This document shows, in pieces, positions 14,045-25,720 of a DNA stretch of 64,000 bases. Below the pieces are notes generated by a model. It was not told the origin of the DNA. It saw only the letters and a program-made list of their open reading frames with translations, and did no database searches. Position 1 is the stretch's first letter; every line of letters begins with the position of its first letter. Both the position numbers and the translations under genes were made by a program. Source of the DNA: Squalus acanthias (taxonomy: Eukaryota); assembly GCA_030390025.1 (NCBI GenBank), contig CM059431.1:106022001-106086000 (forward strand), given 5' to 3'.

Positions 14045-14258
14045 TGATGCGGAGATGCCGGTGTTGGACTGGGTGGACAACAGTGAGAAGTCGCACAACA
14101 CCAGGTTATAGTCCAACAGCTTTATTTGAAATCACAAGCTTTCGGAGCGCTGCTCCTTCGTCAGGTGAAGTCTTCACCTGACGAAGGAGCAGCGCTCCGA
14201 AAGCTTGTGATTTCAAATAAAGCTGTTGGACTATAACCTGGTGTTGTGCGACTTCTCA
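14045..14258. mobile_element. Palindromic PLE-derived element (family B) with two inverted hammerhead motifs
   Basis: Perfect 87-bp inverted arms (14084-14170 / 14172-14258) with a 1-nt centre, a ~39-nt unpaired tail, and a 12-bp TSD gcattgtaacag (14033-14044, 14259-14270). Confidence 0.85.
14174..14210 (+). ncRNA. Minimal type-I hammerhead ribozyme motif (mirror copy on the minus strand at 14132-14168)
   Basis: tcac-CTGACGA-a-ggagc-agc-gctcc-GAAA-g-CTT-gtga: stem I tcac/gtga, stem II ggagc/gctcc, palindromic AGCT stem III. Confidence 0.75.
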
Positions 14259-14340
14259 GCATTGTAACAGGTTTTGGTTTAGGATTAATCCACCAATGCA
14301 GCAACTGCACTAAGAACAGCATTTTCCAAACTTCCAGGCT

Positions 14341-14800
14341 GGAGTTGCCAACTCAGGTTGGACGTTTTCCTGGCTGTTTCATCACCTGACCTCTCCCCTC
14401 CACCCGTCCCTCCCAGTCAAACTAGTTCTGACTGGGAAAACTCGGAAAGAAACAAGGAAAAATACATGCTTAGTGTCCAGCGACAGGTTCTGAGAACATT
14501 GCGTGTGGAGGAAGAATTATTCCATGTCTCATCTGTGCGTGCAATATAATCCAAGTTCCTTGACATGAAGTGAGGTATAAAGGATGAACAAAAACCCCAT
14601 TTAATAATATTGGAGGGTTTTTTTCCACCTCCAATATTATTCAAACTAATAAACTAAAGTGTTCAAAGAAAATTAAAAAATTAAAACACTTTCTTAATGC
14701 CTCAATGACTTTTCTCCTGGGTTTTTCTCGCAGCAGTGTCTTGGAGACAAATCTTTAATTCTTGGAGATTCCTGGGCAATCTTGGCGGGTTGTCAAACCC
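14341..14800. mobile_element. Degenerate hAT (Blackjack-like) MITE
   Basis: Ends gttgccaac / gggttgtcaaaccc; internal similarity to the 41600-41872 copy. Confidence 0.5.
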
Positions 14801-15779
14801 GACTCCAGGCCCATACAATTTAAACGGGTCAAAGCAGTAAATATAAGCCCAAATTAGACTGAGTTGCCTGGTTTCAGAACCCAGGCTTCAAGGGTTCCAC
14901 GTGGCCGGAGGCCTGCTAAGATGTCACAAGGCCCTAAATTAATGTCATCCTCAGTGTAATAATCTCTTTGCTGTGCATGATTCAATGTGTGAATTAGAAC
15001 CTCCCACTTCTAGGGTTGGCCTGCATCAGGAGAGTGTAAACACCTGGGTGAAAATCTCACGTCCTCCCCTGCAGGCAATGAAGTGAAGGCAGTTGGCTCG
15101 TGAACTCACGCAATCCATCAGATAAAACAATCTGTGCAGCCATAAGCATTAACTCTAGAAGGCTGTACTCAACTTGAATGATCTTGATTGAAACTAAAAG
15201 GATAGTCCTGATTTGAACTTAATGTGATCTCTGTGGAGCTATAAGCGAGGATAGGAAGGGAAGCTGTACATGTGAATGAAAGTATGACCACAGCAATCAT
15301 ATGCTGATGTCCTCGGGTAATTTAACAACTTTCCCTCAGGGTGCAGTAAATCAATTTTCAATCTGAAAGTAATGGGTTCCGAGGAAGTCAGTAGAAAATT
15401 AGTCAATTTTACTGTGGGAAGGAGCAAGCAAAAAGAAAAAAAATCTAAAGCCTTCACCCTGGTTAGAAAGCTTCCGTAGCAAATATATCAGGCATCTGTA
15501 AAATATATGACATGGCAAACGATAGGTGGTGTAGTGGGTTAGCACATTATCCTTTCACCTGTGGGACTTGAGGTGGAATCCAGCCAATATGGAAGTTTCT
15601 TTTCTTTCCTGGCTGTCAGGTTTCTATGCAAAATAAGCTTTGGCAGCTGTGAAACTATCTAGCTTATGGGCTCAAATCCACAATAAAAAGCCCGTCATAG
15701 TTCATCATTTATTGACACAAAACGGAGAGTCTCACTCTGAGGCCACAAGGACAGTTGGTGTAAGAAATGGAAGCATTCA

Positions 15780-16250
15780 AAGAAAGAAATAAAGACTTGC
15801 AATTATTTAACACCTTTCATGACCTCAGGACATCCCAAAGTGCTTTACAAGCCAACAAAATACTTTTTAAAGTGTAGTCATTGATGTAATGTCAGAAGCA
15901 CGGCAGACACATTCGTGCCCAGCAAGCTCCCATGTGATAATGACCAGATAACCTGTTTTAATGATTTAATGGTTGAAGGATAAATATTGGCCAAGAACAC
16001 TGGGGATAACCCCCCTGCTCTTCTTTGAAATAGTGCCAGGAGATCTTTCACGTCCACCTGAGAGGGCAAACGGGGCTTCGGTTTAACATCTCATCCAAAA
16101 GACAGAACGTCTGACAGTGCAACACTCCCTCAGTACTGCACTGGGAGCGTCAGCCTAGATTTTTGTGCTCGAGACTCATGGAGTGGGACTTGAACCCACA
16201 ACCATCAGACTCAGAGGCGAGAGTGCTATCCACTGAGCCATGGCTGACAC
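15780..16250 (-). mobile_element. SacSINE1/DeuSINE-like SINE, full length
   Basis: On the minus strand: tRNA-like head with A box (tggctcagtgg) and B box (ggttcaagtcc), Deu-like core, tail ending in tttc repeats. Confidence 0.85.
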
Positions 16251-18224
16251 CAATCAGAGTGTTGCAGTAGGGTTCACTGTTCTGGGGGTAAGGCTAAGAC
16301 ACATTGCTGGAACAGTGTAAATGTACTCTACATCTGGCGAAGTTTGAACCTAACCTGGAAGAGTTTGATGCTGACACTTGATGCCAAATTGGAAAAACTT
16401 CCGATTTCCCACAAGTGTTATCCCTCACCAATAATTCATGCAAAAATTGTCCGAGTCCAAATGACATTCTTTTGCTCAATACATGTCAGCATGTTCAAAT
16501 ACACAATTTTCACCACCCTATCCCTACCATGTGCAGCCAAAGTTACACCCTGATGCTCAAAACTCTCAGGACAGAAATACGCAGGAGCAGGTAGAATGGC
16601 CAATAAAGTGCATATCCCATGGGCCACTTAGAAGGAAGTCTGACACAGAGCATTAAACAATCGCAGAAGACACAGGGAACAGAGGGCACACTGTCATTGT
16701 ACTGTGTGCGTACAGGAAAGGAGAAGGAAGTAAATCAGTAGGATCATTACTTAAAAACTTGTATTCAAAAACATTTTTAAACTGGGAAATAGTTTTTTTT
16801 TCCCCACCCAGCACTTAGAAGCTTTATAAAATCTCAGAGGCCTCTTCAGGTGCTTATCAAGCCTCGGAGGCTTTCTCAGTTCATATTTATTACATCAAAA
16901 CAAATCATGTTACAAATGTGTTACAGGTACCTGCAGAGACTCTGTACAGGTTATTAGATGATGAAGACATGTACACTGCAAGACAGAAAACAGTTTCAAT
17001 ACTTTAGGGTTTTACCTCACGCAAGAGTCAAACAGTAACACTGCGAGAATCTTTGCAGCCTAGAAATTACTGTCAGTGGTGTCATCGTATGCTTAATGGC
17101 TGGTATAAAGTTCGTCTCTTCATTATTTTAATGGACACCTTAAACGATTTATTTTAAATGAGTGAACATCGCCATTAAAATAATAGAGAGGAATATTCAA
17201 AAGAAGCAGGTCAAGTGTTGCTACGATAACATCATCGAGAGTCATTTCTAACCTTAAGTGTTTAATCAATCAACAACAGTAAAAGACCAAACAATGTGCA
17301 CGAGATACATTTGTTTAAATTATTCCGTTCCCATTCTCCTTTTTTTACACTGCCAGTTAATAGCAACCACAGTTCTCAGGCCTGTTACTGCTTCCAGCCT
17401 GCATTTGATTTTCAGAATCTCACCCAACAATTCTGGAATGTTCTCGCATTGTCAGATCGTATCGCTTGTGTGTCGGTGCGAGAAACCTATCGTCCGCTGT
17501 TTTAAATGACCGTTTCGGATTACCCTTCCCCATCACTTGTTATACATCGCGCACGCTGCTTGCCTGAGTAATTTACGCCTGTACTGAGTCACCAGCGGAG
17601 ACCTTTATTTCTCCCCTTGCAAATGGTCAGGATGGGAGTGTTTATCATTTTAGACACTTGCTCCTGTTTATTTTCATGAAAAAAAGTATTTTTCTTTCCT
17701 TTGAAGTTTAATAAGCAAATTCTCTTTTGGTTTCACCAGTTTTTTTGCCCAGTGTTTCATTACATCGCTGTTCAACCTCTCACAACATCCTCACTACTGA
17801 AAAAACAAGGAAAGGCTCACTTAAACCGTCAAACAAAAATTAAACATAGTTTACAGACAGAGCACACACTGGGCAACATGCTGCGCAGTCTCTCCCACTT
17901 GGAGGGCTGTTGTGAAAAAACGATTGCTTTCTGAAGTGTATCCTCTATTATGCTGCCACATGTCACATACACCCCAGTTCACTTTAACGAAGGCAAGCAA
18001 ATCCATGGAAATACCCGTCTCCCTGAGCCAGTATATTTTGAAGATTTTTAACTCACACACTCAAGCTGCTCTTGGCACCACAAAGGAAATTTTAAAAAAG
18101 GTTTTAAAAGCAAAAGTCATCCTGTTTGGGCATCTTTTGGTCCCCCGGATCCTCTTCGCGCTGTTTTCATCCAGCGGGAATGGCTTCCCTGCTCAGGCTA
18201 CCAGTTAAAATTGCAGTCGGGTCT

Positions 18225-18528
18225 CGATGACATCAACGGGACCCAATGACATCAACAGGAATCAATGACATCACCAGGAACCAATGACAGCATCTGGACC
18301 CAATGACATCACCAGGACCCAATGACAGCATCTGGACCCAATGACATCACTGGGAACCAATGACAGCATCTGAACCCAATGACATCACCAAGATCCAATG
18401 ACATCATCGGGAAAGAATGACATCACCCGAAACCAATCACATCACCAGGAATCAATGACGGCATCTGAACCAAATGACATCACCAGGAACCAATGACATC
18501 ACCAGGAACCAATGACAGCATCGAGACT
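18225..18528. repeat. 19-bp minisatellite, about 16 units (caatgacatcaccaggaac)
   Basis: Seen directly; two variants (…acatcacc… and …acagcatc…) often alternate. Confidence 0.9.
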
Positions 18529-19245
18529 CGACGTGCATATATAAAGAAGGACCCCGCTGGCTGTGGGCAGGTGTCCCTGCTGCCTGCTCAGTAGAGCAGG
18601 TTAAAATCTCAAACGTTGGGATCCTGGCAGGTAAGCAACCTGGGCAATTTTAACTGCCCACCCACCTGGTTTCCACCAGACAGGTAAAGTTAAAATCGCC
18701 CCCACTATTTGCTGAACCACAGCTGAAAAAAGAATGCTGAATAAATATGTTTTATTGGTGTTAACATGTTTGTCGATATTATAGGATCAAATATTCGAAT
18801 GAAATGTCTTCGACTGAGGAATATGTCATAAAGCTGTTTTGGTTTTCTAGAAACTAAAGGTCATTCTGCAAAGAATGAAATTAGTTCAGTCATAAAAGTT
18901 ACTAAACATTGGTGTTTGCCCTTCAATAGGAACTTCTCTCAACCCTCGCCAGTTTGTCTTGACTTTCAGAACGCCGCTCCTCTTTCACCTCTCTCCTCAA
19001 CTTAATTTGGTTTTCTTCGTAATAGCTAGGATTAGTGTGTGGTACTCTTGTCCTCACTATCATTAAACTGGCAGCCCTGGCAACTTGGAGCAAATCAATG
19101 TAGTTGCTGGGCCACTATTATTGTTGGTCCACTCTGACCTGAGCTAGGATACCTCTCCAACTTCTAAATACCACAATGTAGATGTGCGGATTCCTTTATT
19201 TTCACTCCAGTTTAGGCTCTTTCTCTGCTCTCTTGAAGATGTACG

Positions 19246-19642
19246 GTACGGTAGCATAGTGGTAATGTTACTGGACTAGTAGTCTACTAGTCTAGAGGCC
19301 TAGACTAATGATCCAGAGACGTGAGTTCCAAATCTCAATTAAATAAATCTGGAATTAAAAAGTTAGTATCAGTAATGGCGACCATGAAACTAGCAGATTG
19401 TCGTAAAAACCCATCTGGTTCACTAATGTCCTTTAGGGAAGGAAATCTGCCGTCCTTACCCGGTCTGGCCTATATGTGACTCCAGACCCACAGCAATGTG
19501 GTTGACTCTTAACTACCCTCTGAAACGGCCTAGCAAACCACTCAGTTGTATTCAAGAAGACGGCTCACCACCACCTTCCCAAGGGCAATTAGGAATGGGC
19601 AATAAATGCTGGCCCACATCCCGTGAATGAATAAAAAAAAAA
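19246..19642 (+). mobile_element. tRNA-derived SINE (MER131-like core) sharing its tail with the LINE at 23536
   Basis: Head ggtagcatagtggt...gagttc, core ctggttcactaatgtcctttagggaagg, tail gctcaccaccaccttc..aagggcaattagg..gggcaataaatgctggc. Confidence 0.7.
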
Positions 19643-21103
19643 TCTTATGATTTGATATGATTCCATGGGCAGTATTTGGCCTTCAGCACCTTGTCCAATT
19701 CATGTGTGAGCTTTAACAGTGTCAAAAGTTTATTGCTCTCTAGAGGGTATCATTGCTGGGTTGTCCGCTGTCTCGCCCAGTAGTCACAGACCCGCACCTC
19801 CAACAGGGGTTGGTGTACCGTGATAAGGAACAGGAAACCTCACCGATGTTCCCTTCCCTAACGCAACCAATGGTAGCCTCCCGCCTGCTGCCCTGACTGA
19901 GATCTGCAAACTTAGCACAAGATCAGGGGTCGAACCTGAGACCTCCCTGGCCTGCGTGACTTAGAGACGGTAACGATACCATGAGCCATCAGGGGAGCTT
20001 GAAGTGATGATTCTACCAAGCAGTACAAGACAGAAAGCCAATTAAATTGCAAACTCTCCTATTCCACCTTGTAATGTGTACATCCCACAAACACAAGAAT
20101 TGGTAGATCCAATTAACTTACATGGTTCCTTTAAAATACCACGTTGTACAGCTTTGATATTTGATTGACGTTCAGATAGTGCAGACGTGTTGGCATTAGT
20201 ACTCGACAGGCAGCCAATTGGATCATTCAATTTTAATAACTTATCTACCAATCATGAATAAATTGAAAGTGGCACCAAAAATGTATTTGTAAACATCTCA
20301 TGCACGTTCAGCACAGATAAATATTCATAAGCCGATGCTGCAGACCAGATTACAAAAGCCAATTCACAATAAAAAAAATCATTACAGTGCAAGGGGACCA
20401 ACCCCACCGTCAATGATGTTGGCATCAACAATTATCATCAATAAATGGAAAGTGGTATCCAAAAGCCACTGCCCCTCCCCAAAATATAGAAACAGCCGCA
20501 AACATTTATTCGTGCTCTCTCATCAATATAATGTGGCAAAGTTCATAAGGAAGGAAGGAATACACACCACAATTAAACCTGTAGCACAGTACCCAGTGTT
20601 TAGTGCTGTGAATAGTGAGGGATACAGAAGTGAAATTCCTCCTTCAACAAAGAGTCGAAGTATGTCTGCTTTTCTCCCAAACTAACGACCCGTTAACCAA
20701 ATCCCAGGAACGCACAGCTCTGAATCGCAGGATTTCCGAGAACGAGATTGCACGGGTCATTAACTCTGGAGAAAGGCAGACATTCTCCAGTTTCCTTTTG
20801 TTAAAAGAGGCATTTCACACCCTTTAAGATTCGGCAGTAAAGCAGCAAGTACCCCTGCCTTTGTGCTGTACAGAAGCAGGGGTTCAATGAAATTGCGTTG
20901 CAGCGACAACGTGCAGTGGCTCCACCCATTGCTTTTGAACACATTCAAATCAAAACAGAAGGAGGAAGGTGATGGGAATTAAAAGTGTTGAACCTGTGAC
21001 CCTGGGCGGGGGGTTGTGCAAGGACTGAAACCCAATTTGGCGTGAAGCAAAGTTTCGATTTTACAACAGCAACATCTGGAAAAAGGAAAAGGTGGTCACT
21101 TAC

Positions 21104-21305
21104 TAGAGTTTGGGTCAGAGTTGCCATCAGCCTCCGTCCTCTTGTCTGGGGAAGCCTGCTCGTAGAACTCGTCCTGCGGCTGAACCAGAGGGAGAGGGTG
21201 TGAGATCAGCGTGCCACCATTTACCGGCTCGTGGTCTCCTAAACCACTATCACTGCAGCTTTCCTGGGAGCCGTCAGGCAGGTGAAATGTAACGCGGCGC
21301 TGAGA
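21104..21305 (-). CDS. PCDH9: Protocadherin-9 internal coding exon (cytoplasmic domain, RRVTF PP1-binding motif and CM1-type motif)
   Basis: Minus strand encodes [67 protein letters not shown]. From memory this is near-identical to vertebrate PCDH9 and clearly closer to it than to PCDH11. Acceptor is polypyrimidine ttctttgctcttctctccAG (AG at 21307-21306); donor is GTAAGT (21103-21098). Exon is 202 bp, phase 0 in and phase 1 out. Confidence 0.95.
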
Positions 21306-21769
21306 CTGGAGAGAAGAGCAAAGAACATAGAAGTTAATGTTCTTCTTTGCTTTTTTCACCCCCCCCCCCCTTCCAACTTTCAGACAAACTATCGTGGGTT
21401 TTTACCCCCCCCCCCCCCCAGTGTAAATTGGTGCTAATCCTTTCCACGACAAGCAACTACTTCAGGCAGAAAATATTTACCAAAAGCACAATTCCATATT
21501 CAGATATTTCATGTTATATGTTACTCTTATTCTGACAGTTTCATTAAAGTGCTATCTGTAGCAATGCATCAGCACCTTGCATTTACATAGCGCCTTGAAT
21601 GTCGTAGAACGCCCCAAGACGCTTCAACACACAAAGTAAAATGCACCTCAAAATCAGCTAAACTCAGAGGAAACACGTCCGATTCCTGCACACAACAGAC
21701 CTGCAGGTGTTATCTGATGGTACAAAAATAGCCACCTTATCTGTTGTAGGCTAGCTTAGACCACATCCA

Positions 21770-21960
21770 CAACAACAACAGCTTGTATTTATACAGCACC
21801 TTTAACATAGTAAAACGTCTCAAGGCGCTTCACAGGAGCGATTATCAAAGAAAATTTGACACCGAGCCACATAAGGAGATATTAGGACAGATGGCCAAAA
21901 GCTTGGTCAAAGAGGCAGGTTGTAAGGGGCGCCTTAAAGGAGGAGAGAGAGGCGGAGAGG
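21770..21960 (-). mobile_element. L2 LINE 3' tail
   Basis: (aac)n end, tttatacagcacctttaac..., matches L2 copies at 24317 and 38652. Confidence 0.8.
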
Positions 21961-22472
21961 TTATTTTTATCTTCACTGCAGAAAGATATCAAGTCTGCAC
22001 AGTGGAATGATTAACATTCATTATATAATACAATGCTATATATATATATATATATAAAAATCAGCGTTAGTTAATTTTGCTGTTCATTAAATAGATAACT
22101 AAATAAATAACAGACATAAGGTGGATTAGTGATGGTACCATCGCCTGGCACTGCCCATTGGTGAGACTGTCTGAGCTATCCATGTATTAAATGGACGCTG
22201 AATTGTTACCACCTAAACCCCTCACACACATCATTAACTCAGGAGCGTCTTAAAGGAGGAGTGAAGGGTAGAGAGGCAGCAAAGTTTAGGGAATTTCAAG
22301 AGGGCTGTGTTTTTTTTGTTGAACTATTGGTATTGCGGAGCTGCATGGAAATGAATGACTTTCAACAGAGATGGAGCCAATTTACTCATAGGCAGTTCAA
22401 TAAATAGAAGCCTCAGAAAACAACAAGGAGTTGAAGGCCAGCGCTAAGGCTGTGCCATTAAGCTGACTTAGT

Positions 22473-22544
22473 ATCTCCTTAGTATTGTGGTTAGTATCCC
22501 CGCCTGTCATGCGGGAGACCGGGGTTCAATTCCCCGATGCAGAG
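22473..22544 (+). pseudogene. tRNA-Asp(GTC) pseudogene
   Basis: ttagtattgtggttagtatccccgcctGTCatgcgggagaccggggttcaattccccga closely follows vertebrate tRNA-Asp. The acceptor stem is disrupted, there are CpG-decay changes, and no T-run terminator. Confidence 0.8.
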
Positions 22545-22561
22545 AGGTTATTGTAATGGAA

Positions 22562-22858
22562 ATGGTAGCATAGTGGTTATGTTACTGAACTAGCAATCCA
22601 TGAGACATGAGTTCAAATCCCCTGCTGGGCAATTTAAATACAATGAATTAAAAAAATCTGGAATAAAAAAAGCTAGTATACGTAATAGTGATCATGTAAC
22701 TACTGGATTGTTGTACAAAACCCATCTGGTTCACTAATGTCCTTTACGACAAATTCACCCACACATGGACGGCAGTGGTTCAAGAAGGCGGCTCACCACC
22801 ACCTTCTCAAGGGCAATTGGAGATGGACAATAAATCCTGTGAATGAATTTTTTAAAAT
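22562..22858 (+). mobile_element. MER131-like tRNA SINE, internally deleted
   Basis: Same head, core and tail as 19246 and 27043. Confidence 0.7.
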
Positions 22859-23535
22859 GCCACTCATCCAAAACGACTGCTTCAATCTGAGAATCTATTA
22901 TGTTTCTGAAATCATATGGGGTGGAGGTGGCGGGGATGAATGAGCCTCAAACAGAGTGCCAGAGAGTTAGGTATAGCACTGATGAAAGTGCAAACTGCAA
23001 GAAATGTCGGAGGTGTATATAATGAGTCATTTAGAGCAATGATCAACAATATATTGAGTTTTAAGTTATTGTTTTAACGTGGGATAGAAGGGAGAGAGAA
23101 AGCAAAAACTTTTCTCTCTGCCCTCTTTATCTCCGTGTAGCACATCCATTAGAATAACAGTTCAAGAAAATTTTTTAAAGCAAAATTAAAAAAAAAACTT
23201 TTTAAAACGCTGCCCGATTGCGCTGGTTCATGGCAGATTTTGCATTTGACGATATGCAAATGAATTTAAGCAGAAACTCGGGGGGGGGGGGGGGAAACAC
23301 TTTTCAAAACGGGCGCAATTTGCTCTGGAATCGGCAATTGCACCCAAAGTGGAAACTCCACCCCTATTTATTCTCTTTTAGAACTTCTTTTGACCTCTGA
23401 CATCAGACACCTGCTCCTCTCTCCTTGTCATTACTCATGGCCTCCTCACCCATTTAGTTAGCTCAACCCAACTCTCTCTCAGACATATTTGATGTCCATT
23501 GCAATAAGCCAAAGTACCTTATGTATTTTACACAC

Positions 23536-24042
23536 TTTCCACTTGCCTGGATGAGTGCAGCTCCAACAACACTCAAGAAGCTCGACACCATCCAGGACAA
23601 AGCAGCCTGCTTGATTGGCATCATCCACCACCTTAAACATTCACTCCCTCCACCACCGGCGTACCGTGGCTGCAGTGTGTACCATCTACAAGATGCACTG
23701 CAGCAACTCGCCAAGGCTTCTTCGGCAGCACCTCCCAAACCTGAGACCTCTTCCACCTGGAAGGACAAGGGCAGCAGGCGCATGGGAACACCACCAGCTC
23801 CAAGTTCCCCTCCAAGTCACACACCATCCTGACTTAGAAGTATATCGCCGATCCTTCATCGTCGCTGGGTCAAAATCCTGGAACTCCCTCCCTAACAGCA
23901 CTGTGGGAGTGCCTTCACCACACGGACTGCAGCGGTTCAAGAAGGAGGCTCACCACCACCTTCTCAAGGGCAATTAGGGATGAGCAATAATTGCTGGCCT
24001 TGACAGCGACGCCCACATCCCATAAACAAATATTAAAAAAAA
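23536..24042 (+). mobile_element. LINE 3' fragment (CR1/L2 superclade, distinct family)
   Basis: LKKLDTIQDKAACLIG, LNIHSLHHRRTVAAVCTIYKMH, KSWNSLP; A-rich end. Confidence 0.8.
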
Positions 24043-24316
24043 GTTATGTAGCTGGTGTACCTCACACTAACTTGAGTGCATGTAGACATCTGCTCACACT
24101 CAAGTATCCATCATTGGAACTCAAACACTTCAACAACGAGTTTTCAGGACAATATATATATTTACCACAACAAAGAATTGTTCACAATATGCTTTAGTTT
24201 TATTTTTATTGCTGTGACAACTTATTTTTACGGTAATTTGTAATACCACACCTTATTGTGCCCTCACATCTCCCTTCTGTTTAGTAACCCTAGCAAGATA
24301 ATTTGCTGGCTGACAA

Positions 24317-24780
24317 TGCTCGTGTCCTAACTCACACCAAATCCCGTTCACCCATCACCCCTGTGCTCACTGACCTACATTGGCTCCCAGTTAAGCAACA
24401 TCTCCATTTTAAAATTCTCATCCTTGTTTTCAAATCCCTCCACAGCCTCAATCCTCCCCATCTCTGTAACCTCCTCCAGCCCCACAACCCTCCAAGATGT
24501 CTGCGCTCCTCCACTTTTGGCCTCTTGAGCATCCCCGATTTTAATCGCTCCACCACTGGCAGCCGTGCCTTCAGCTGCCAGAGCCCCAAGCTCCGGAATT
24601 CCCTCCCTAAACCTCTCCGCCTCTCTACCTCTCCTTCCTCCTTTAAGGCGCTCCTTAAAACCTACCTCTTTGACCATGCTTTTGGTCATCTGCCCTAATA
24701 TCTCCTTCTTTGATGTCGCTCCTGTGAAGCACCTTGGAACATTTAAGGCGCTAATAAATACAAGTTGTTGTTGTTGTTGT
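24317..24780 (+). mobile_element. L2 LINE 3' fragment
   Basis: ARVLT..SPITPVLTDLHWLPV...FKILILVFKSL...AFS....NSLP...FKALLKTYLF; (ttg)n tail. Confidence 0.9.
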
Positions 24781-25559
24781 ATTTCTAAATGATATAGAAA
24801 CCGTAAGGGTAGTTGGAGGCACTTACATCAACTTTGATCAAACTCTTTACTTCCCCCTCCACTCCCTGCATTATAGAACTATAGTCTTCCCTTGTGTGCT
24901 GTCTCAGGCAATGGCCCACACTTCTATAGTGCAGAGTGATCTAAACAAACGTCTCTGCGAACTCAAGTATCACTGCCGTTATAATAAGTTAGCGTACAAG
25001 AGAAAATTGCCTGAGTGACACCGATGTGACCTCGGCTCCCCACAGGCTGAATCTTTTTTTTCCCCAGATAGAACGCCTGGCCCCATGAGGGCGTGTGTCA
25101 CTTTTACATTCGGCAGAACAGCAACAGGCCAATTCAGCTGTGGTCTTTGTATCACCTCTGCCACACTCAAATCAACACCCAAAGCACATAGTGAACCTTT
25201 ACCTGAAGGAAAAGAAAATACAATTTTGTTTGAGTTTAAAACCATGGGTTCCTGGTGCCTTACAAGCTTAAGGCTGCATTGTCAGAACAATGATGGGTGA
25301 CTGCTGACCTACTGAGGCTTTGTATCTCCTTCACTACGGAACGAGATACATGTCAGGAACTGGGAGCTAACTAGTTGGCCTCAAGTACTGCATGTGGAAA
25401 TAGGTTACAAAAATCTTTGCAAGTAAAACGTCAGTGTTGAACTCGGTGTTTCCCTTGCACCGCCATCTAATCTTAGCTTCACTATGTTCTTTGTATATAG
25501 TTTAGAAAAAATGCTGGCACTTTTAATAGACTTAGCCGAGGTGGAAACATTGCCTGGAA

Positions 25560-25720
25560 TGAGATAGATAGATTTCTAGACACAAAAGGCATCAAGGGGT
25601 ATGGGGAGAGAGCGGGAATATGGTATTGAGATCGAGGATCAGCCATGATCATATTGAATGGCGGAGCAGGCTCGACGGGCCGAATGGCCTACTCCTGCTC
25701 CTATTTTTCTATGTTTCTAT
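25560..25720 (+). mobile_element. CR1 3' UTR fragment
   Basis: gatcagccatgatc..gaatggcggagcaggctcga.gggccgaatggcctactcctgctcct. Confidence 0.8.

Noticed and set aside
14084..14258. Pre-miRNA gene
   Set aside because: The stem is perfect with a 1-nt loop, flanked by a TSD, and homologous to 57.3 kb, which points to mobile-element origin.
18225..18528. CRISPR-like array
   Set aside because: The units are contiguous 19-mers with no unique spacers, there are no cas genes, and the context is vertebrate; it is a minisatellite.
21306..21359. N-terminal part of ORF 21096-21359 ([18 protein letters not shown]) as coding sequence
   Set aside because: It is the intronic branch and polypyrimidine region upstream of the AG acceptor.
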